Both the position numbers and the translations under genes were made by a program. Under the pieces are notes generated by a model that worked only from the letters and a program-made list of their open reading frames with translations, ran no database searches and was not told where the DNA came from. A DNA stretch of 13,836 bases from contig JAYENX010000029.1 of assembly GCA_034722435.1 (NCBI GenBank), positions 1 to 13,836 of the forward strand, given 5' to 3'. The DNA comes from Nanobdellota archaeon (GTDB lineage Archaea; Nanobdellota; Nanobdellia; Woesearchaeales; JAHWHD01). Shown piece by piece: positions 7,067 through 13,693 of this stretch. The number at the start of each line of letters is the position of its first letter. Position 1 is the stretch's first letter.

Positions 7067-7199
7067 ATCATTGCATTTTTGATGGGACGTTTTACTAATT
7101 TAAGTGTATATTTATGTGCATATGCATCATACATGTGTGTAACGTCTAATTGATTACAAATAAACTTTAAATATAACTTATCTATATACATATTAATTG

Positions 7200-8303
7200 A
7201 TGGGGTTGGCAAGAAATTATGCATTAACAAATTCTAAGCCTCAGTATTCTATAACATCTAGATGTGCTGTTAATTCTCGTTGGATTAGGCAGTATAGAGA
7301 AAGAGAAAATTCTAACTCTGATCCTTTTATTTATGTAAAAAGATTGATACGTGATGCGAATAGAGCTGAAAGGCCTTACCTTGCTAAAGGTCAAAAACGA
7401 AAAATGAATCGTAGTTTGCAGGTTTTGAAGCAACTTGAGGAGGGTCAGGTACGCGGTCTTGAGGGAGTAGTTGGTAAACAGTTTAAAGTGGCTGAGTTAC
7501 TTGATGTGTTACATTCTATTAAAGAAAATACTGTTGGTAGATTGGTTAAATTATTGGATAGTTATGCTAAACGGTTGCAAGCTGTTGCAGATGCTGCTCA
7601 GAAAGCTGAGGAGTTAGATCTAGAACAGCAATCTGATTTTTATTTAAGGGAAAAATCTGAACAGCAAATTTATGCGGAGGCTGAACGTGAAAAAAAGAGG
7701 GCTGCGCTTGTGGAACGTTTAAGTCGTGCCAAGGTTGATGCGGATTCTGAATCTGAAATTGTAGATGATCGGCCCGGTTTTATGAAATCGTTTGCGTCAA
7801 ACATTGAAGCTATTAAAGAAACTAGTTCGGCTAAGGGTTTTAATAATCTTTATGAATGTTTTGTTAAACAAGCGGTCAGGTCAGATGAATTTCTTTATCT
7901 TCAGAGTACTTATAGGAATAAAGCTCGATTACGTAAAGCTGACCCTGATAAACTGGATGAAGTTTTGCAAGGTATTTTTGAGAGACGTTCAATTAAAATG
8001 TTGTGTAATGCTTTTGAGATAGATCCTAAAATAGGATTTGAATATGTTGTAGCTAAACTTGCAAAGGAATGTCCGGGTAAGGAAATGTATGAAATGCGTA
8101 AGAATACTGATAAAGGAACTTCTAGTTCATTTGCAGAAATATTGGCGCAGTCTAGATCAAAAATTCCTTCTGCAACTTCTGATAGTGTAATAGTCGATGG
8201 TGAGTTGGATTTATCTCCTAGTTCTATGCGTGCGTTTATGAGGCGTAAGCGTAAGAAACGGCAAAGTTTTTTTTCTTCAGATAGTTCGAAAAAGAAAAAG
8301 TGA
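7200..8303 (+). CDS. Hypothetical protein (charged, probably helical/coiled-coil; polybasic C-terminus)
   Basis: Long ORF (TTG 7197 or ATG 7200, ~367 aa). Central LQAVADAAQKAEEL...EAEREKKRAAL segment and C-terminal MRRKRKKRQSFFSSDSSKKKK. No family recognised. Confidence 0.8.
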   Translation: MGLARNYALTNSKPQYSITSRCAVNSRWIRQYRERENSNSDPFIYVKRLIRDANRAERPYLAKGQKRKMNRSLQVLKQLEEGQVRGLEGVVGKQFKVAELLDVLHSIKENTVGRLVKLLDSYAKRLQAVADAAQKAEELDLEQQSDFYLREKSEQQIYAEAEREKKRAALVERLSRAKVDADSESEIVDDRPGFMKSFASNIEAIKETSSAKGFNNLYECFVKQAVRSDEFLYLQSTYRNKARLRKADPDKLDEVLQGIFERRSIKMLCNAFEIDPKIGFEYVVAKLAKECPGKEMYEMRKNTDKGTSSSFAEILAQSRSKIPSATSDSVIVDGELDLSPSSMRAFMRRKRKKRQSFFSSDSSKKKK

Positions 8304-8343
8304 TAAACAATTTTTTAAATTATATGTTATGTTAATTTGTTAA

Positions 8344-8868
8344 TTAAATTTTAGATTTTTTTGCTTTATCTGATATAATTGCGGAGTTACCGTTAGGATC
8401 TGAAATTATTATTTTTAATTTATCCTGGCCCCATAGTACTTTGTTAATCTTTTTAAGAAGATTTTTTGCTTTTTTCTTGATAGCTGAGTCTTCTTCCATA
8501 TCACGTTTTTGTTCGATAATTGCTTTTACTCTATTGATAATTCCTTCAACATTTGTGACGTATCCGTTTGAAGAAGCGCCTGGTTCAATAGTTGCAATGT
8601 GCGGTATCTTGACAGTTGCTGATGCTGCTTTGATAACTCTTATTTTTAAATCTTCTTCGTTTGAAACTTCGAGAGTGTATTTAGCAGGTTCGTGTTTTTC
8701 TGCAAGTTCGATATCTGATTTATAATATTTGCATGTTGAGCATGTCATTGAGAAAAGGTATACTTTTCCAAAGAATGGAACATCTCTTTCGGCTTCCATA
8801 AGTGTTAATGTTTTTTTGTTGCACATAGGACAAGGTTGTCCTTTGAGTTCGTTTGATTGATCTGTCAT
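8344..8868 (-). CDS. Archaeal ZPR1-like C4 zinc-finger protein (COG1779-like)
   Basis: CPMC...DVPFFGKVYLFSMTCSTC zinc ribbon, plus IEPG...GYVTNVEG and ISDPNGNS motifs. Confidence 0.93.
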   Translation of the reverse strand: MTDQSNELKGQPCPMCNKKTLTLMEAERDVPFFGKVYLFSMTCSTCKYYKSDIELAEKHEPAKYTLEVSNEEDLKIRVIKAASATVKIPHIATIEPGASSNGYVTNVEGIINRVKAIIEQKRDMEEDSAIKKKAKNLLKKINKVLWGQDKLKIIISDPNGNSAIISDKAKKSKI

Positions 8869-8937
8869 ATAATTTAAAAATACTTTGTAACTTTTAAGGT
8901 TTTTGTTTTTTAAGAAAAAGGTTAGAAAAATAAAAAA

Positions 8938-9327
8938 TTATTCGTTTTTAATATCTGCAGTAACTGAGCTTCTGTAAACCTTTGCAAAGCTTGGGGTAAC
9001 AACTATCCAATCATCGCCGAATCCTGCAATGTCTCCATCAACTGCGTCGCATGTCTTTTTTAGTTTGTTAATTGCTCTTTTTAATTCTACCAGATCTTTA
9101 TCTTTTAGAGGTCTAATATTAACAAGTCCTATAGTATATCCCTCGCGTAGAGAATCTAGAATTATTTTTATATCCTCAAACTCTTCAATTACAAAAGGTC
9201 TAACTGTTACCTTTGATTGACCGTCTTTTAATGGTTCATGATTGAGCTCAACGTATTCTTCGCCTTCGTGCTCTTCATGACCGGAAGTTTGAATTTTATC
9301 TTTTAATCGTGAAAAAAACCCTGCCAT
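8938..9327 (-). CDS. sepF: Cell division protein SepF, archaeal type
   Basis: N-terminal amphipathic MAGFFSRLKDKI, then IKIILDSLREGYTIGLVNIRPL, LKRAINKLK and GDIAGFGDDWIVVTP. GGAGGGG SD upstream. Confidence 0.92.
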   Translation of the reverse strand: MAGFFSRLKDKIQTSGHEEHEGEEYVELNHEPLKDGQSKVTVRPFVIEEFEDIKIILDSLREGYTIGLVNIRPLKDKDLVELKRAINKLKKTCDAVDGDIAGFGDDWIVVTPSFAKVYRSSVTADIKNE

Positions 9328-9475
9328 TTTAAATTTCCCCTCCTTTAAATCAAAATAATAAAAATGTTTATTCCAAAGATATATATAAATGTTTTGTTTT
9401 TTTATATATTACAAAACCGTGTTTTGAAATTATATTTTTGGTAATTTTTTGAGTTTCAAATAATTTTGCGATAAA

Positions 9476-9489
9476 CGAAAGCTTTAAAA
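9476..9489 (+). promoter_or_regulatory. Putative BRE/TATA promoter for the rpl21e operon
   Basis: CGAAAG-CTTTAAAA, about 35-45 nt upstream of ATG 9523. Confidence 0.45.
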
Positions 9490-9522
9490 GTAAGTAATAA
9501 TTAACATGAGAATGGTGGTTAA

Positions 9523-9813
9523 ATGGTAACTAGAAAAGGTGGAGCTAGAAGAAAGTCTAGATATAAAATGAAGAAGCCCATAAGAAGAAAGGGCAAGATT
9601 AGTATCACAAGTTATTTTCAAGAATTTAATAAAGGTGATAGCGTAGTTCTTAAAGCTGAACCTGCAGTGCAGAAAGGTATGTATTGTTTAAGATTTCATG
9701 GAAGACAGGGCATAGTAAGTAAGCAAATAGGTAAGTGTTATGAAGTTGCTATAAAGGATCATGATAAAGCAAAGACTGTGATTGTGCATCCTGTTCACTT
9801 AAAGAGGGTATAA
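9523..9813 (+). CDS. rpl21e: 50S ribosomal protein eL21
   Basis: RRKSRYKMKK, FQEFNKGDSV, RFHGRQGIV and KTVIVHPVHLK motifs. Confidence 0.97.
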   Translation: MVTRKGGARRKSRYKMKKPIRRKGKISITSYFQEFNKGDSVVLKAEPAVQKGMYCLRFHGRQGIVSKQIGKCYEVAIKDHDKAKTVIVHPVHLKRV

Positions 9814-9817
9814 AAAA

Positions 9818-10171
9818 ATGAGACCTGAAATAATGAGCGAAACGCCAATTGGAATGGCTGAAATGAAGAAGGATCTTGAGTTAATCAAGAAACGAGATGG
9901 AGAGCTTAATTTTAGGGCTAATAAAACGGAAGAGTATCTAAACCTTTTTGCAGAAATGTCTCCTAAAAAGGTTGAAGAGTTACGTAACAAATTGAATGAT
10001 TTGAATGTACCAAGGCTTAAGCCTTTACACATTATTAAAATCGTTGATTTACTTCCAGAAACTGTTAACGATCTTAAAGTAATTCTACAGGGATATACAC
10101 TGACATTGAACCAAGAAAATATGAAAAAAATCTTAGGTGAGGTTGCAGAGTATCTTAAACCTGCCAAATAA
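9818..10171 (+). CDS. rpo4: DNA-directed RNA polymerase subunit Rpo4 (F)
   Basis: ELNFRANKTEEYL, IKIVDLLPETVNDLKVIL and KKILGEV, in the canonical position after rpl21e. Confidence 0.93.
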   Translation: MRPEIMSETPIGMAEMKKDLELIKKRDGELNFRANKTEEYLNLFAEMSPKKVEELRNKLNDLNVPRLKPLHIIKIVDLLPETVNDLKVILQGYTLTLNQENMKKILGEVAEYLKPAK

Positions 10172-10211
10172 TTTTTAAATTTTAAACATACGAGAAGTAT
10201 ATTAATTGAAA

Positions 10212-10772
10212 ATGGAAAGACGAAGAGCTAAGGAAGATGTTGTAATTGTACTTGACTTTTTACCAAACGGGTATCCGTTTGATTCAAGGCCGAGTTATAA
10301 GAAAACTCCAATAGTGCAAGCTATAGGTAAAGAACATTTTACACTTCTTGAATTGGTTCCTAAGAAAGGTATCTTTTTACAGCCTTATGAAGATGTTTAT
10401 ATTGGTGAAGGTAAAAGAGAAAAGATTCATCATATAATGGGTAAACTTGATGTTGATAAATTGACTGGGACAGCTCGGGCTGAACTTGAGCATGTAGTGA
10501 AAGAGTTAGTTAAAAAGAATGAACAAAGATTTGTAGATTTTTTTAATAAAGCGCAGCCGTTAACAACCAGGATGCATCAGCTTGAATTATTGCCGTCTTT
10601 AGGTAAGAAGCATATGTGGGAAATTATTGAAGAAAGAAAAGAGAAACCTTTTGAATCTTTTGAAGATATCAAGAAACGTGTTAAGTTAATGCCTGATCCT
10701 GAAAAAATTGTAATGAAAAGAATTCTTTCAGAACTTACGGGTAAAGAGAAACATAAGATTTTTGTTGATTAG
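10212..10772 (+). CDS. DUF655 family nucleic-acid-binding protein (OB fold + HhH)
   Basis: VIVLDFLPNG, QAIGKEHFTLLEL, VYIGEGKREKI, FVDFFNKAQPLTTRMHQLELLPSLGKK and FESFEDIKKRV motifs. ATG 10212 is preferred over TTG 10206. Confidence 0.95.
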   Translation: MERRRAKEDVVIVLDFLPNGYPFDSRPSYKKTPIVQAIGKEHFTLLELVPKKGIFLQPYEDVYIGEGKREKIHHIMGKLDVDKLTGTARAELEHVVKELVKKNEQRFVDFFNKAQPLTTRMHQLELLPSLGKKHMWEIIEERKEKPFESFEDIKKRVKLMPDPEKIVMKRILSELTGKEKHKIFVD

Positions 10773-10796
10773 AGTTTTAGTTATTTCTTAGATAAG

Positions 10797-10810
10797 TTTA
10801 TATATTTAAA
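10797..10810 (+). promoter_or_regulatory. Putative TATA tract upstream of the candidate ncRNA
   Basis: TTTATATATTTAAA lies ~25-35 nt upstream of the G-run at 10835 where the structured island begins. Confidence 0.4.
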
Positions 10811-10834
10811 TTAGACTTTTTCTTATACTGTTAA

Positions 10835-11080
10835 GGGAGTTACACGAAAAAAAGCAAAAAGCCTTGCCATTGAGGGGGAGGATGAATGTTATTTGTGTTT
10901 TGTGCTTTTTTTGTGTCCTAGAAATCCGTTTCGAAAATCCTGTGCAAGTCCGGTCTTTTAGGGTTGGGTAAGTGGGATTTTAGGATTTCAATGACTTCAG
11001 GAGGTGATGTGTGCTTCGGTATATATCGTCGGCTTTTCGGAGTCGTACTTGGAGCTTAGACCTTGGCAGGTTATTTTTTC
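10835..11080 (+). ncRNA. Candidate structured non-coding RNA of unknown family
   Basis: 45% GC over 10861-11070 (95/210, manual count) versus very AT-rich flanks. Several nested helices, a C(UUCG)G tetraloop hairpin, 5'-3' long-range complementarity, an upstream TATA and a downstream T-tract. Confidence 0.55.
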
Positions 11081-11269
11081 TTATTCCTCTTCTTGATATT
11101 TCATGGCAAAGAAATCGTTTAGGTTTTTGTCTGTAACAATGCCTGCGTATTCGTCAGTTTTAGCAAGTTCTTTAACTAAATCGAATAGTTTTTTATCAAG
11201 TTTAATTATCATGCCGACTAGTTCTTCCTTGGACTTTTTCATTAGTTCATCTATAACTTTTTGTTCCAT
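11081..11269 (-). CDS. Small hypothetical protein (helical, acidic tail)
   Basis: 62-aa ORF with protein-like amphipathic composition (LMKKSKEELVGMIIKL). No SD seen. Confidence 0.55.
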   Translation of the reverse strand: MEQKVIDELMKKSKEELVGMIIKLDKKLFDLVKELAKTDEYAGIVTDKNLNDFFAMKYQEEE

Positions 11270-11324
11270 GAGACTTAGAAATTGGAAAGAGTATTTTAAT
11301 TTTGTGGAAAAAGAAAATAAAAAA

Positions 11325-11783
11325 TTATTGTTTTGAACCCCATAACATTTCTTCTAGTTGTTCACTTGTTAAAGGAGTTTTTGGTAAAGAAGCTGTTGTT
11401 GGTTTGGTTCCTATCAATGATTTGAATGAACCGCCTTCATCTTCTTCAATGCTAGAATCTAATCCCCTTATGTGGTCTCCCATAGTTTCTGGTTCGGTTC
11501 TCGGTTGAGAATGGTAGTTGCCTAGTTGTTCATCTGTAACAATATATGTTGGATCAGTTGTGGTTTTTGTAGGGTCTGCACTATCATCTCCTAGTACCAT
11601 TTCTTTTAGATCGTTTCTGGATATAGGAGGTGGAGGTCCTCCGAATAATCTGTTGTCAGAATATTCATTACTTATTTTAGGTTTAATACTGCTATATACT
11701 TGTTCTTCTTTTATTTTATCTCCAGCAAAAAGACTTGTTGCTGCATAGATAACTGCAATTGCTGCCATGTATATTTTTTTCAT
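11325..11783 (-). CDS. Hypothetical secreted protein, Pro/Thr/acidic low-complexity
   Basis: GGAGG SD 9 nt upstream. Signal peptide MKKIYMAAIAVIYAATSLFA|GD, followed by GGPPPP and DPTKTTTDPT segments. Confidence 0.75.
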   Translation of the reverse strand: MKKIYMAAIAVIYAATSLFAGDKIKEEQVYSSIKPKISNEYSDNRLFGGPPPPISRNDLKEMVLGDDSADPTKTTTDPTYIVTDEQLGNYHSQPRTEPETMGDHIRGLDSSIEEDEGGSFKSLIGTKPTTASLPKTPLTSEQLEEMLWGSKQ

Positions 11784-11930
11784 GTTATATTACCTCCGTT
11801 ATAATTGCTATATATACTATATGTTTAATAAATATTTAAACTTTGGGTAAGGACTTGAAGGAGACGAAAGTAAAAATTTATTTTAATTTAACAGGTTTGA
11901 AAGAATTTTTATATTTCTTTGGTATATCTT

Positions 11931-12701
11931 TTATTTTTTACATACAAAGAAAAAATCAGTTGAATTGTTTAGGTATTCTTTTTTTTGTGCGTATTCAATC
12001 TGGAGGTTAAACATTTCTTTATGTTTCTTTTTATTTTGTAACCAATCTGGGTTGTCGTATTTATCGAGAAGGTTGTAAATACCGTAAACTTGGAGGTTTT
12101 TGAAAGATTTGAATGCTGTTTTTAATTCTTCGAGAGTAAATTCGTGGCTCCAGTGACTTCCACCGCCCCAACCAATATGTCTATCTCCTTTTTTCATACT
12201 TTTTTTGAATAAAGTGAAGTTTCCATTTTTGAGTTCGTGTTTTGATGCGTAAACGAATCTGTTGTTCACGTTACCCATGACAATACCGTTTGGTTTTAGG
12301 ATTCTTTTGATTTCTTTAATTGCTTTTTTATAATTTCCGCAATAATCCAGTATTGCGTTTATCACTAGAACGACATCAAATGAGTTTGGTTTATGGTTCT
12401 TTAGATCTGTTACAGATTCTTTGACAAAATTAATTTTTATTTTTTCTTTTTTTGTTATGAGTTCGGCTTTATCGAGCATGCATTGAGAAATGTCTGAAAG
12501 TGTAACTTCGTGTCTTTGTTTTGCTAGAGGAATAGCAAAACGTCCAATACCTCCTCCGATATCTATAATTTTAAGTTTACGTTTTGGTAGGTTTGAATAT
12601 ATGAAATGTTCTAGAATTTCGTCACAGAATCTTTTATTATGATCTTCGTATCCTTTCGCAACATTGTCATAGAATTGTTCGAGTTCTTTTTCTTTTTTCA
12701 T
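11931..12701 (-). CDS. Class I SAM-dependent methyltransferase
   Basis: Motif I IIDIGGGIGRFA, post-I LSDISQCML and motif II SFDVVL. Substrate not identifiable from sequence. Confidence 0.93.
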   Translation of the reverse strand: MKKEKELEQFYDNVAKGYEDHNKRFCDEILEHFIYSNLPKRKLKIIDIGGGIGRFAIPLAKQRHEVTLSDISQCMLDKAELITKKEKIKINFVKESVTDLKNHKPNSFDVVLVINAILDYCGNYKKAIKEIKRILKPNGIVMGNVNNRFVYASKHELKNGNFTLFKKSMKKGDRHIGWGGGSHWSHEFTLEELKTAFKSFKNLQVYGIYNLLDKYDNPDWLQNKKKHKEMFNLQIEYAQKKEYLNNSTDFFFVCKK

Positions 12702-12751
12702 ATCTGTCTTTAATAAGATTTAAATATATAAAAGTTGCTTTTTTATATCTA

Positions 12752-13693
12752 ATGTATAAAAAAGAAATTAAAGAAGTGATTAGAACGCATTATGGTGAAC
12801 TGGGGATTTCTAAAGTAAATCATTTGAAAATAAGTAGATTAGGCGTGGGTGAAAATAATATTAGTATGCTTGCAGTAGTTGATGATAAGAAATTAGTTTT
12901 CAGGATTGGAATTAAAAAAGATCTTGAGAAAAATATGAAACGGGAATTTGATTATATGAAGAAACTTCCTGATGGGTTGGCTGCCGACCCAATCTTTTTT
13001 GATAATTCAAAAAAAATAATTCCTAAAATATATTCTGTTCTTTCTTTTATTCCGGGGAAACATATTGTGAGATGGTCGGATAAACATCTTAAAGCGTATG
13101 CTAAATCTTTGGCAATGTTGCACAGAAAAAAGTTTAATTTTTGGGAAGGGCTTGACGGGAAAAGGTATAAATTGTTTAATATTTTGAATGTTTTTGAAGA
13201 TGATTTGAAGGATTATGGATTTATATCTGAGGATGATGATATTCAATTGTTGCTTCCTTATGTTCGTAAGTATCTTAAAAACCATAATCATTATTTTAAA
13301 AGTCTTAAATATTTTTCTTTGTGTCATATAGATCCTTGCATAACTAATGTTTTGTGGGCTCATAAAGAGGTTAAATTTATTGATTGGGAATGGTCGAGAG
13401 TGTTTGATAATGCTGTAGATGTTGGAATGTTTTACAAGACTGATTTCGCAATGAAGCCGTGGTGTATTAAACTTTCAAGGAAGAGAGAAAATCTGTACTT
13501 ATCTGAATATCTTAAGTATAATCCTGATAAAACGTTACGGCAAAGGGTTAAGGTGTGGAAAGTGTGTAATGACTTTTTGGAACTAGTATATTTTAAATGG
13601 AAAGTTAAGAACTATCATAAAGATTATACTGAATTACCTAAAGTTATATATGAAAATAGTGTTAAAGGATTGTTGAAAATTTTAAAGAACTAA
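12752..13693 (+). CDS. Aminoglycoside phosphotransferase / choline-ethanolamine kinase-like protein
   Basis: G-rich loop LGVGENN, VFRI, E in KREF, Brenner motif CHIDPCITNV and metal-binding FIDWE. Confidence 0.88.
   Translation: MYKKEIKEVIRTHYGELGISKVNHLKISRLGVGENNISMLAVVDDKKLVFRIGIKKDLEKNMKREFDYMKKLPDGLAADPIFFDNSKKIIPKIYSVLSFIPGKHIVRWSDKHLKAYAKSLAMLHRKKFNFWEGLDGKRYKLFNILNVFEDDLKDYGFISEDDDIQLLLPYVRKYLKNHNHYFKSLKYFSLCHIDPCITNVLWAHKEVKFIDWEWSRVFDNAVDVGMFYKTDFAMKPWCIKLSRKRENLYLSEYLKYNPDKTLRQRVKVWKVCNDFLELVYFKWKVKNYHKDYTELPKVIYENSVKGLLKILKN

Noticed and set aside
10835-11080. Assigning the island to RNase P RNA, SRP RNA, 5S rRNA, tRNA, tmRNA or a group I intron
   Set aside because: Only fragments match (AAGTCCGG/TCGGCTT, GATGAATG, TGCAAG, GACT/AGTC). 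The RNase P GAGGAA and ACAGAA motifs are missing and the elements are out of order. There is no SRP helix-8 CAGG-GNRA-AGCA motif on either strand, no cloverleaf, and no group I J8/7 AAGAUA.
11011-11336. ORF from GTG 11011 behind the perfect AGGAGGTGA SD
   Set aside because: It would run antisense through the 11081-11269 gene, its translation is not protein-like, and the SD spacing is shorter than for other genes here.
143-13363. Shadow ORFs in the track (143-373, 901-1158, 1812-2030, 2317-2529, 3994-4230, 4249-4509, 5975-6367, 7042-7230, 7224-7433, 7792-8022, 8441-8725, 9029-9220, 9799-10167, 11103-11336, 11302-11508, 11518-11748, 13007-13363)
   Set aside because: They lie antisense to or out of frame within better-supported genes and show no recognisable motifs. 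The poly-Ile tail of 7042-7230 is just the (ATT)n repeat.
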